Below are positions 1-12,228 of a stretch of DNA of 64,000 nt, piece after piece. The DNA is from Felis catus. Its lineage: Eukaryota. The notes beneath the pieces were generated by a model, which saw only the letters and a program-made list of their open reading frames with translations, ran no database searches and had not been told where the DNA came from. The position numbers and the translations under genes are program-made. Numbering within the stretch: the first letter of the stretch is position 1; each line of letters opens with the position of its first letter. The stretch lies in assembly GCF_018350175.1 (NCBI RefSeq), contig NC_058368.1, forward strand, positions 213,530,001 to 213,594,000, given 5' to 3'.

Positions 1-940
1 TTCCCACCACTGCTTACAGGAATTAGAATGAATCCCAGGTTCCACTGCACTAGCTCCTGAGTCCTGGGGACACTTTCCTGTCTTATCAACAGCAGACGGG
101 ACCACGGGGTAGAAGCAAGAGGGTTCAGGTCCTCCTCCTTTTGGTCACACAGCTGTGGAGGCCTGCAGCCTTCATCCAGGGCGCTAAGACACCAGGGGAC
201 AAGCAGATGCTGGGGCCCAGGACCTCAGTGATATTTTAACACACTCTGGGGATGGGGATACAAGAAACACCAGCCTGAGCCCCTTATGAAAAGGAGGTGG
301 CAGCCAGAGGAAGGGGACAGACACTGGCTGCGCATCAAGAAGATAGCAGATAGCATCTAGGCCTCTGTGAGATGGGAACCAGCCATGGGAGTTAGTCCTC
401 ACTGGCTCCTTGGGGAAACTGAGGACGGAGCGGAGGACGGTGACCAGACAAACAGGATTCACAGGGCTTCCTGCAGCACCAACACTCCGTGAGGCCATGA
501 GTCAGAACCAGGGCCTGTGGCCTGCCTGTGACTAGCCCTAAACCTTTCTTCCTTCGGGACCTGGAAAATGCACAGCTCCATGCCTCTGGCATCCCTGCCA
601 TCCGGCGGGCCTCCATGTCTCTTCTTCAGTGTCTCCTTGGGAGAGAGGCTACTCTCTCCACCCTGAATTTCTGTCCACCCTACCATCCTTCCCTTTTCCT
701 TAGTCTGAGCACTGCTCTTCCATCTACTAACTATTTCAGCTAAAGGCTGTCCTCATGGGCTTACACTATAGAATCACAGCTGTTTAAATGGCCCAAGTAT
801 GTGTATGTGCGAGTGTGAGCTGTTTAAATGGCCCAAGTGTGAGCATGTGTGTCAGTGTTTGTGTGCGGGATGGGGAGGGCTCAAATCCGAATTCACCACC
901 ATCATTAAAAATAGATATAAAAAATAACCAAACTACCTAC

Positions 941-1073
941 CTTGCTGGCTACCACCAGCTGAACCATTCCAGTGGCTGAGCGAAGAATGGCCACCGCTTC
1001 CTCATGGGAGAGACCCACCAATAAGTGACCATTGATTACCAGCAGCTCGTCTCCTAAGGACAGTCTGCCATCC
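941..1073 (-). CDS. PDZD2: PDZD2 internal coding exon (133 nt): second half of PDZ2
   Basis: (R)DGRLSLGDELLVINGHLLVGLSHEEAVAILRSATGMVQLVVASK is a classic PDZ C-terminal half. Acceptor catttcctcag|GGAT (phase 2) and donor AAG|gtaggt (phase 0). Confidence 0.96.
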
Positions 1074-3951
1074 CTGAGGAAATGGAGATGGGAAAAAAAT
1101 CCCTTGTGAAGATATTCTGGGCTTGAGAAGGGACATTTTCCTGGAGCTGGGGAGGGTCGTGAGAGGGCACAGTTAAAATCAGGCTGAGGATAAAGGAAGG
1201 TGGCCAGCAATAGTTTGGGATGGGATTTATCCTTTGGTCTGGCTGGGTCCCCTGATGCCCACTTAGGGAAGCTCCATGATTTCAAGTGGTCGCCTGGTAG
1301 TAGGCAAGTTCTTAAGTCACTACCATATCTTGCATCAACTTTAATGAAATGCCTCCCATCCAGGGGGAGACAATGATAGAGGAACGAAGACCCCATGGTT
1401 TTTGGACAGTTAAGTCATTCTTATCTCAATCCTATCTGCCATCCTGCCCTCACAACTGAGTTCTCGCTGAGTCACTGAGCTAAGCACCCCCAAACAAAGG
1501 TGTCTTAAGCTTGACCAAAAGCCTTGTCTAAACTGCTGCCCTCTCTCTTTCCAGGTGACACGCCCTCGTCCCCAAAACACACAGTTATAGGACCTTGAGG
1601 ATGAGGTTTCTTTCCATCCTACAGCCAAGCTTCACCAGCAGAAGGATGAATACAAAAGCAAACAAACAGAATGACCAATTTACTGCTATTGCAGCTATCA
1701 GACCTGGTCTACAAATGTTTCTTTATTCCCTCTAAAGTAAATTATAGCTAACTAACAGCTTCCTTCCCATTGGGCTGGCAAGAGGCTCAAGGGTGGGTCA
1801 AGGGTCTGCCATGGCACCCTGTGTCAGAGCATTGCACAGGCCCTTTCAGTCACGGTGGGTCGGCAGTCTTGTGGGTTCCACTTGAACCTCCAATGGTCTG
1901 GCCTCCCATGATCCCAAAGGAGGTTTTTCATCTCCATTGCTAAATATGGGATAGGAAATCTGGTGATGCAGATGGACCCTAAGCCTAGGACCCCACCATC
2001 CCTTTTGAAGGCTTTACATCAATGCCCAGGGTGCTGCTGTTGGACATGTGCATGCCCCCCATATTCCCAGATTCACCAACTTTCTCTCCAACATTTCCAC
2101 TCCTTCAGTGAATAAACCACCTTCTCTCATCCTACTCTCCCTCACCAGTTTCTTTCTCTTAATCCTCTAGGGCGTGCATCATAGTCTTTTCTATGAATTT
2201 AGCCTTTAACAGAACACAGGAGGCACCAGAGACTTCTGACAGCCTCTGCTTTCTGTCCTTCAAAAATCCCTAAAGCAGAGAAATGCTAAGAACCCTTCTG
2301 CTGCTTGGAATGGAAAGAGAAGGGGAATAGGAAACCCACAGAGAACAAACTGGAAGCTCAAGGAGGTGTGTGGGCCCAGGTGAACAGGGATCAAGAGTAA
2401 AAAAGAACACAAAGTTCTGACCACTGTCCTTGAATTTATGCAAGACCATTCCTACCCACATCCCTTTTCTTATTTCCCTCTTCAATTCCATCTCCCTCAT
2501 CTCCTGTTATTACCTAGAATGCCACACATGCAGATTATATACTCCAGAAACAGAGAGAGAGAAAGACACACATAAAACACATAAAACTCAGGGTTCAGGG
2601 TGAAAAGAAAATGGGTGTCTAATAGTGACACCTACTAAAAACAGCTCACATAGAAAACAGACAAGAACAGCTCTTCTTAAGTTTATCTCTGGGCACAGGA
2701 ATTTTCTAACTGCCAACCTTCCAAAGACATGCTAGAATCCAAGGCCTAGTAGCATTAATGGGAAAATGGCTCTCTGATGGGAATTCCTCAAGGTATATAC
2801 CTCATTTGGGAAATTTAGTGATGCTCTTCTGGATAAAAACTAGAGTCTTAATCCTTCCCTAATGACTGCTGCCCAGACAACTGACCAGTGCAGTTAACCT
2901 TATCCCTAGTTATTGGCAACTTATTCTCTAGTTACAAGACTAGAACAGGGACATGACACACTTTGCTAATTTATACCCTGGTCCTCTCCTCAGTTTTCCA
3001 TTTTTTTACCTCCAGCTCCTTCAACGCCACTTCAAGAGATAAATTTTTCAGTCCTCTCTTGGTCTGGGGCAGGCCAACACTACTCTGATTTGTCCTATCC
3101 CCTTTATAACCAGGGTACCTGAATGGAACACCAAATTCTCAACTAGATTTACCTCCCTCATCAGTGAAACTCTACCTCTACACACCTGCTGTATACATGT
3201 GGGCATGCAACGCGTGTTCACACCCCAACGTGCCTTGCAAGTAGTAGACACCCTGTGTATGTGGAAGCAATCAGCTAGCAAGGCAAAAGCATGCTTTATA
3301 TTTTGGGATAGGTACATCCTTGTAACTCCAAACGGACTTCTTCTTTGTGCATGCTCTGCCTAAGCACTGTCCTTCTTCCTACTTAAAATAACAGTTCAGA
3401 CTTAAAAAGAAGGTTTGAAGTATGAATTATTCAAGGTCACAAGGAGAAAAATTCACATTTACTTTTTACCACTCCACATCTGCATGACACACGTATCCAT
3501 GTGTGTGTAGAATCCTGAGAGCCCTGACAGATCACATGAACTGTGGTCACATTTAAAATCAATGATTTTCCCAAGTCATTAGCCACCATCTTATAGGGGT
3601 TAAGATTCAGGAAAGTGGTTTTCTGTTGCATGGCATAATCTCAATAGGTAACCACATATTACCAGTATCCCAAAAGTTAGTGTAAGTAACAATCACTTGA
3701 AACTCAAAACAGACGGAAAGAAATGCAATCTCTCTATGATTTGGAGGAGCCTACAGTATCTCCAACAATTAGCCACTTCCTGTGCCCAGGGGTGTATTTA
3801 ATTGGAACTGCTCCTGCCTGAATTTCTTCCATGCTCCCGCAGGATAAACTGTAATTACCAGGGCTTTGGCCAAATAGAAGAGTCCTAGCCCCCGGAGGAA
3901 GGGAAGGGAGAGGATGAGGAGTCAGAGAAAGGGGAAGAGTTATCTAGTCAC

Positions 3952-4094
3952 CTGTGAGCGGCACCTCCTTCCTTCACTTGAGTGACAACGATAGCGTGAG
4001 GTGAGCGCTTTGATCCTCGGCCTCCACTAACCTGAATTCCCAGCCCATCCGATTCCTTAAGCAGCTCCATCTTCCATATCCGGCCAACTTCCTC
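3952..4094 (-). CDS. PDZD2: PDZD2 internal coding exon (143 nt): first half of PDZ2
   Basis: EEVGRIWKMELLKESDGLGIQVSGGRGSKRSPHAIVVTQVKEGGAAH(R) contains the GLGI carboxylate-binding loop. Acceptor tttttcttccaag|GAG (phase 0) and donor CAG|gtgact (phase 2) are in frame with both neighbouring exons. Confidence 0.96.
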
Positions 4095-4260
4095 CTTGGA
4101 AGAAAAAGTGAGCATACTGTGAAGTATACGGACAGACACGTGGCATTGACACAGGAGAGTGGAGCTGTTAGGTCAGGCCAAATATTCTTCAATTGTCAAC
4201 AGGTACTGAAGATGACCACAGAAGGAAAAGTTCCATGTGCTAAATCATAGTCTCTAGCTG

Positions 4261-4453
4261 CCAGTTCTGCCCAAGAGAACATTCTATGATGATGGAAATG
4301 TTCTATATTTGTACGATCCAACATGGAGCCACTAGCCACAGGTGGCCATCAAGGGCTTGACTAGTGGCAACTGGGATGTTACATTTTTCATTTCATTTAG
4401 TTTACATTAAATTACATAGTTGCCTGTGGCTAGTGGCTATAATATTGGACAAT
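4261..4453. mobile_element. hAT-Charlie non-autonomous DNA transposon remnant, MER3-like
   Basis: Motifs 'tgatgatggaaatgttctata', 'agccactagccaca' and the inverted partner 'tgtggctagtggcta'. Confidence 0.75.
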
Positions 4454-4640
4454 AAGAGTGACTATCGAATTTCCTGATCAAGGTTATGTTAAGTAAAGCT
4501 GCTTCTGCCTGAAACCCAGATACCACTGTGTGTGTGTAAACACTGGCTGTGTCTGGGTTCCATTTATTTACACACAGCTACTAATAAATAAAGGAAGATG
4601 AAAGGAAGACAAGGATAGGTCTTGGAGAATTCAACTCATT

Positions 4641-4820
4641 TGAGCCCAGCTCTGCCACTTAGTAATTATGAAAGCCACCTATGCCTAAAACCCTCTGTTT
4701 CCTTGCCTCTAAAGTGGGGATAATTATGAATACTTTCAAGTTTGTCATTAGGATTACATGAGATATTTATGGAAGGAGCAGTGCTTCCGACACCTAGTAG
4801 AGACATAATAAATGCTGACT
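4641..4820 (+). mobile_element. MIR SINE remnant
   Basis: 'cccagctctgccactta...ctgtttcct...taaagtggggataat...aggattacatgagata' MIR core. Confidence 0.7.
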
Positions 4821-4904
4821 GCTAACCATATATTACTTATGTACGCACACATATGTGTTAAAACCATCATACCATAATATGCCCAATGGTACTGCATCAG
4901 TGTT

Positions 4905-5028
4905 GCACAGTGACAGATGGTAGCTACACTTGTGGTGGGCACAGCATGGCGGAGTTGGCCAATCACTATATTGTACGTCTGAAACTAATGTAACATTATG
5001 TGTCCACTACACTTCAATTAAAAAAAAT
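4905..5028 (+). mobile_element. Carnivore L1 3' end fragment
   Basis: 'gtgacagatggtagctacacttgtggtg...gaaactaatgtaacatt...cttcaattaaaaaaaa' L1_Carn-type 3' UTR with A tail. Confidence 0.7.
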
Positions 5029-6617
5029 ACATCATGTTGAATTGAATCTCAAACTTCCTTAGAACATATAAATGAGATATTTGGCAAGAGAAACCAAAAC
5101 AGGAAATTAATTGATAAATTTATTATTGGCTTCTCTAGACATGGGTCTGTACACTTTTTAAATACATTAAAACACCCTAATAAAAATCTATCCTTTTAAA
5201 AAGCTAATCATGTCTGTAAGTCCTCTGGATTACTGGTAGCTTTTCTACTTTGGTTAATTCTCCTCTTGACTCCCTATTTTATTCCAAGGATGCAAACATA
5301 TACCCAATACAAAATGTTTGAGTTACCTCAGATACTTTGTTGTTCAGAGAAATGAAAGAAAAACCTTCCAAAGTGATTTCCTTCTGGAGGGTCTTACTTT
5401 ATGCTCACTCCTATAAGTTCCTCTTACCTCTAGGTATGTGGGTATGGGTCACAATGCATTCCTCAACATATTAAAAAAAAGCGCCATGTCCTTTCCTCAT
5501 TCATCATGAAGGTCCAATGGAACCATTACAGTCCAATATGAACAAACCCATCCTCCCCCTAGAAATAGGCAACCTTCCCATTTAAGCTGCTTGCAAAAGA
5601 GAAAGAATGCAAAGCATTCAGAAAATCTGAAATACACAGTCAGAAACTAAAATGAAACTTTATGCAGTAGTAAAAAAACCAGATGTTAAATGGTCACTGA
5701 TGTGCAGCAAAAGGAACGTCTGGGGAAATTATTAACAGACAGAGACCTGTTGGATCTTATACTTTTTCTACTATAGCACTACTCAGCGGGGCTCCATTGC
5801 TCAGCAACATGCAGTGTTTGCCAACGGTCTCCTTCATCTGCTGACCACAGACAAATGAGGCCTGTCTGGCCAAATGTAACTTCAGAAGTCACTGGCTTAC
5901 CACAGTAGTTCATGAACTTGTCAACAATCCCTATATCATCCAATCATTTCACTTTGGACTTCATGGTTTTTGGTGTGTTGCCTCTGACCTCTGGAACACC
6001 TTTCTCTCTTCTCCATTCAGAAACAGCCTCCTTGGCCTTCCAAGTCTCTCACAGCTCCACTGTGTCCAAGATGCCATCCTTGAGAATCAGTGCTACTTAT
6101 GAGATGGCAGTTTTTGACACTTCGAGTACATGAGGCCGTGGCCTAGTGCATAGCCCCAAAGGGAACAAATTCAGAGACGTGCTGATTAGCTATTGTCCCA
6201 GCTTGCTGGGCATCCCAAACTAGCACATGGGTCAGCCCCATAGCTGACTCCCTGGGCCTAACAAAGTAGCTGAGAAACTAGAGCGGAATGGTGGCTTGAC
6301 TTGTTTTTTCCGTGGAAGATATGCTATGGCTACTAGGGTCTTGAAGATATGGGACAGTGCTCTTCCCTCTCCCAGTCCAGAAAAGCTGTGAAATCCCTTC
6401 CCAAAAGCAACAGGGACTATTATGAGAGTCCAGAAATAAGCAAACCCATTTGGCTTTAGCCCAAATTAATAAAAACCTATCCATCCCATTACCAGTTACA
6501 TCTGTCCTACCATCCTTTTGTTAAACAGAACATGTTAAGTATGGTTCACAGATGATATGACAATACTAGATACATAGTCCTTTCTAATTTTTAAATGCCT
6601 TTAGAAATAGGACTTGA

Positions 6618-6822
6618 GGGGTATCTGGGTGGCTCAGTCAGTTAAGCATCTGACTTCGGCTCAGCTCATGATCTCATGGTTCGTGAGTTTGAGTCCCACA
6701 TCGGCTCTGTACTGCTGACAGCTAAGAGCCTGGAGCCTGCTTGTGATTCTGTGTCTCCTTCTCTCTCTGCTTCCCCACACCTCTCACAAATAAATAAACA
6801 TTACAAAATTAAAAAAAAAAAA
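6618..6822 (+). mobile_element. Feline CAN-SINE (SINEC_Fc type)
   Basis: tRNA-like head 'ctgggtggctcagtcagttaagc', CT-rich tract, AATAAA/poly-A. TSD agaaataggacttg / agaagtaggacttg. Confidence 0.95.
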
Positions 6823-7489
6823 GAAGTAGGACTTGTGACAAGAAACATGCAAACCTATGATCGTGGAGAAAGAATAATGACCTAACATATACTCTTGACA
6901 AAAGAGCTAAAGACAATTTTCAGTAAGAGCACTCACAGGCCCACTCCATTCCCCTGCCCAATATACACACAAATAGTTAAAAGCAAAATAAAGCAAATAT
7001 CTAACAAAAAATGGCTTCAGAAAGTAGGAATGATCAATCTGTAATACAGCCCCCAACGATACAGTCAAGAAACAGATCTTCTTTTTCACTTTTATCTAAT
7101 ACCATGAGTTTTCTCTCCATACCTGAAAGTAAGAACTATAAGGGGGGCAGGGGGGGATGGGGGGGGGGATTCAAAGACATTAGTGCAAGTTTTCTTGATC
7201 ATCTAATGAGGAGTTCAAAGATACACAAAGGAAGACACAAACAGGAAGTGCCAGATGTTATCAGTCTCAATTGTACAACTGTCAGTATTAAATCTAGTTG
7301 CCTACAGCTGAGAGCAGTGTTCAGTTACAAATAAAATCAGTGTCTGAAGTTTATGAGGCTAAAGCTGGCACTCGCCAAAAATCAACAGGCCAACTTAAAT
7401 AGAATATTAAGTAGATTTCCAAATGCCTCCTTAGAATTCTGCATGGGTATGTAATACGCACTTCAGTATGGTCAAAACAGGACTCTGCC

Positions 7490-8385
7490 TCCCTCTCCCT
7501 CCTGGCTTTCCCACCTCTATGGGAAAAGCACCATCATTTATGCCAGCTAAAGAGGATATGCAAACTAAAAGCTCGCTAGCTTTGATTCCTCCTTCTATTT
7601 CCTATACCCAAACCATGAGCAAGATCTGTAGGCTCTACTTGTAAAACACATCCACGTCTATCTACTCCTGCTCCTTCCTGCCACCACTCTGGTCAAGACC
7701 ACCAGGATCTCTAATATGGATTATCACAGTAGTTTCCAGTATGGTCTCGCTTTTTTTCCTCATCTCCTACAATACCCTATTCTCCATTATACAACATACA
7801 TCATGATGCACTCAGCTTCAACCTTCCAACAGCTCCCTAGTAGACGCAGACTGAAGTCCAAATCTTTGAGATGGCGAACACAAACCTCCATCTCTAGCCT
7901 TGCCTGCAATCCCAAATCATATCCCCTCCCCCACCTCCGTGTTCTCCCCAGCACTTACTGTCTCTCTATCCCTGGAAGACCCAATCACTCCTGCCTAGGG
8001 CAGCCACATGCGCTGCCTCCTCGCTGGAAATATTCTGCTTCTAGATGTTGCACGGTTGTCCTTTCCTGACATTCAGGCTTTGGCTCAAACATTGCCTGTT
8101 TAATTAGGCCTTCAGTGATACCAATTTCGGTTAACCCCACCAGGACACTGCCCAGTCATCTTTCACTTCACCGATTTCATTTATAGCACTTGTTGTCACC
8201 ATCTAACATTCTGATTCATCTATTTGCTTATTTATTCCCTGTGGCCCCTTATTTGTGTTAAGTGCCATGGCACAGGAACCTTGTCTCTCATTTATCAGTG
8301 GGTTCTCCAGCAACTAGAACTCCAGCTATTGTTATGTGCCTAGCACATAACAATACCGTATAAATGCCATAGAATTAATAAATGT
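7490..8385 (+). mobile_element. L2 LINE remnant
   Basis: Degenerate L2 motifs ('ccaccactctggtcaagaccacc', 'gtgcctagcacata...aattaataaat' 3' end). Boundaries approximate. Confidence 0.65.
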
Positions 8386-9039
8386 GGGATGTTTATACAC
8401 TCATCCTACGGTTTTTCAGAAGTTATTGAGACTGATGTTAAGAGGCTCACCCAGACGGGATACCTGCACGCTTGCCAATGTTTAGCATGTGAAGACCCGA
8501 TCCAGTTGTAGAGATGATTGAGTTCTGAAACAGATCCTGTCTAGACAGATGGCTCAAGCCTTTGCTTCCTTTTGCATTGGCTTAAAGGGCAACGAGATTG
8601 TCAGCCTGTTGAGAAAAAGCCAAACCACGCAAAACTGGACGCTATGGACATTTATATTAATGTTGTTGAAGTGCTACCCTTTCCTATAAAAACGCCAATT
8701 ACTGTGTGAGCTCATACATGCATCTCCTCACAGAGGCCAAAAAAAAAAGGGGGGGGATTTATTTACAAAACAGAGGTGGTACATTAAAGGGAGCTGTCTC
8801 GGCAGCATTTAAATGACCTCATCTTCTGTTGGAACCAAAAATAGTATTTCACAATAGCATCTTTTCCCCAAATGTGAGAAGAAACATCATCTAACTAGAA
8901 TTTTACTGCAGTAAGTGGTCTGGCTCTAGTTGCAAACTTAGATTCTGAGACTGTTTGCTTATCCCTTCTTATTTAGAATGATCAGTAAGAAATGATGTGT
9001 GATATGTCAGAGTTGAAGTTCCTGAGGTAGCAGACCAAA

Positions 9040-9150
9040 ATGCTCAGTTTATAGGTGAGAAAACAGAAGCTCAGAGAAAGAACATGGCAGCTTGAAGGCC
9101 ACAGAGTTGGGGAAGGAAGAACTAGGGCTGGAACATAGTATCCCATCTCT
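9040..9150 (-). mobile_element. MIR remnant
   Basis: 'tttataggtgagaaaacagaagctcagaga' is a reverse MIR core. Confidence 0.55.
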
Positions 9151-9164
9151 CAGGCCTGGAGGTC

Positions 9165-9373
9165 TTTTTTTAAAAAATATTTATTCATTTTTGAGAGAGA
9201 GAGAGAGTGTGTGCATGTGATTTGGGGAGGGGCAGAGAGAAGGGGACAGGGGATCTGAAGGAAGCTCTGCACTGACAACAGAGAGTCTGATGCTGGGCTT
9301 GAACTCATGAACCACAAGATCATGACCTGAGCTGAAGTCGGACACTTACCCGACTGAGCCACCCAGGTGCCCC
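9165..9373 (-). mobile_element. Feline CAN-SINE
   Basis: Ends 'ctgagccacccaggtgcccc', with T-tail and GA tract. TSD aggcctggaggtctt / aggcctggagctctt. Confidence 0.95.
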
Positions 9374-9397
9374 TTAGGCCTGGAGCTCTTGGGTGCT

Positions 9398-10500
9398 TTC
9401 ATTAATAAATGGGCACAGAACACCTGCCGGTGCAAGGCACTGAGCCAGAACACAAAGACAAATAAGGTCCTTGCCCTTAAAGTCTACTGGGGACACAACA
9501 AGCCCTATGGCAAGTGGAATATGTGGGATTCATGCATTGATCAAGATAAGGAGGGGATCATGCAGGAGCCCAAAGAGGAGATGCTTAAAGATGGTACAGG
9601 TGGGGGGGGGTCCCCAGAAGCCTCCTAGAGGAGTGTGTCCCCCAGAAATGGAAGAAGCTAAGCTACATGGGGGAGGGGAGAAGAAACAGAATGGTGAGAG
9701 CAGCAGCTGCAAAGGCTCACAGGAGATAGGGTAGCCTTTTGGGAAAAAATGTGGCTAATTCAGTCTAAACTGAGGAGGAAGAAAGCAGTGAGAGATGAAG
9801 GCAAAAAGTTAAGCAGGGATCAGAGATTAAAAGGCCTCGTGTGCTTTGTCAAGCGAAGGTGTTCAGATATTACCCTGAGGGTAAAGTGGACCCATCCAAA
9901 GGGCTTAAGCTGCAGTGTATGTGAGCAGGTACATGCATGACTGATGGAGTCTCTTTAGAAAGGTCCCTCTAGCTGCTGTGGGGACAGCAGATGACAGGAT
10001 GACGCTGGACACGGATGGGTAGCAGACTACTATGACCACCCACATGGGAAATGAAAGCAGCTTGGTCCAGACCTATAGCCATAGAAGTGGGAGTGGGAGA
10101 GAGAAATGCGGTGAGGAGGGAGACCCTACAGGGAGCCAGAGTTGATAGGATTTGGTGTTCGACTGGACATGGGGAAGAAAGAGGCCAGTATTTCAGTTGA
10201 CTCCAGGATGCCAACTGTCCCAATTTCCTGGCATGGGACTGTCAGTACAAAACCACGGAAAGTTATAGACAAACCAGGTGAGTAATTGCTAGCTGAAACT
10301 CAGGTTTCTGGCTTGGGCGACTTTAAGAGTGATGGGACCTGGAACATTGGGGTCAGCTGGGTGGGAAAATGATGCATCGATGTGAAATATCTAAGATGTG
10401 AGACCTACTGCAGGTAGGTGGTAGAAAGCTTGGGGTGGGGGCGCTCAGGAGAGAGGTAAAGGAGCAGACACGGACTTAGGAGACATTACCACATAGAAAG
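9398..10500 (-). mobile_element. L2 LINE remnant
   Basis: Purine-rich degenerate L2 reverse strand ('gtgcaaggcactg...aaggtccttgccctt'). Boundaries approximate. Confidence 0.55.
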
Positions 10501-12012
10501 ATAGACGTTCACCCGTTGCTTACTAGAATAGGATCATCCTCATGCTGTCTCTGCTTGATGCAAACATAAAACTACCCAGGAGATGTCCTGGATGTGATTC
10601 TCCTCAGTTACCTTTTCCTGCAGATTCAGACCTGGGGCAGCCTTCCTGAGGTCTCTGCAGACCACTTGCACTGAACCACTCAGCCTTCCTGAGGTCTCTG
10701 CTGAAGGTCTAGGGAAGAGTTCGGATACTCTATAGGGTGAATTACAAGTGTTAGGGTGAGACCACAAATGGACCCACAGACACACATGCCAACTAAGAAA
10801 CTTGCCTGACTAGCAAATGGTAGGGTTCTTTTTCTCCCTATCATGTGACTAAGTTGTACTTATTTTTACCATGCTGCATTACAAAAATACACATTTGTAG
10901 TAAACAGGCTTGCAAGAACTGTTCCCTTGGATGAATAATGATCTTCACTAGACAGGGAGTAAGGAACTCTGAACTCATTTCTAAAACTGCTTATCTATGT
11001 CCTAGGAGATTCTAACGTTTTAGACAATGGGCCCAACTTTTATAATTTAAAAAATTAACCTGGTTGCATATGTCTTATTATGTGTTAATATTTTATAGAG
11101 ACATATGTTTTTTTAAAAGAAGATATTTACTAGAGAAAATGTTTCCTACAGCTCTGTTAAAGGAAAAGAGGGTATAAAAATAAAGACAGAAGATTTATTT
11201 TCATGTAACAAATAACAGTCTGTGAAAAGAAGCATCTCACAAATAAAAATGGTCTGAATGATTATAAACCTAGTCTGTAATTTATTCTTTGTAGATTTAT
11301 ATTAAATCATTAATAAAGCAGAAACAGAACAATGCTGACATGTTTAATCTCCCATTATTCAAATGGAATAGAATTTTTTGCCCCAAGGGTTTAAGAGGTA
11401 AATGCCTAATTTTTGTTTTTTTCTGGAAATTCCATTTTAGCATCCTCATCCTGGAGGATGAGGCTCCTCCAGGCTCATCCTGGGCTCATCCTGGAGTAAA
11501 AATAAAAATCCACTCAGCCCAAGAACCCACACCACCTTCTGTGATGGTCTACTGGTTCCAATCTGGACGTTGGGGAAGCAGTGAAGATCTACTTCTTGCC
11601 AACTCTATCAATCCTGGGTAAATGCATTGAATGATGATGTTTCTTGGTTTGAAAAGGGTCCTAAAAGATATTCATGCCTAAAAGAGTGTATGGCCCATTC
11701 CAACTTTCTAAGATGTAAAGTATAACCCAGGGTCAACATTCAATCTATAGATTATGGGCAGTTGTAAAGAATGAAAAGTCCAGATGGCAGATCTCTCCTT
11801 TCTATAGGCATGTGGCTTTAAAAAAAATGTCCCAAAGGCAATAGATTTTGTTTTTGTTTTTTTTTTTAAATCACCATTTCATTTATATCTTCTTTGACAT
11901 TTGATCTTGAGTGCAAAAACCAGGCAAAGGAAGTCTGATATGTGTAGTCTTCAAATAGTCTAATCCAGAAATTCACTTTTATGTTATTGCTTTTAGTTAA
12001 GTTTAGCAGAGA

Positions 12013-12228
12013 GGGGCACCTGGGTGGCTCAAGTTGGTTAAGTGTCCGACTTGGGCTCAGGTCAAGATCTTGCGGTTCGTGGGTTTGAGCCCCGTGTCAG
12101 GCTCTGTGCTGACAGCTTAGAACTTGGAGCCTGCTTCAGATTCTATATCTTCCTCTCTCTTTGCACACCACCCCCCCACTCTTGCTCTGTTTCTGTCTCT
12201 GTCATAAACAAACATTAAAAAAAAAAAA
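12013..12228 (+). mobile_element. Feline CAN-SINE
   Basis: 'ggggcacctgggtggctca...', CT tract, poly-A. TSD ttagcagaga on both sides. Confidence 0.95.

Noticed and set aside
941..4094. Assignment to IL16 or another multi-PDZ gene
   Set aside because: The upstream exon (EQCWNGGFIYLIMLRRFKHK...) and the EEVGRIWKMELLKESDG motif are characteristic of PDZD2.
4089..4097. NAGNAG tandem acceptor (AAG GAG) at the 143-nt exon
   Set aside because: The distal triplet is GAG, which is rarely used as an acceptor, and there is no evidence of use.
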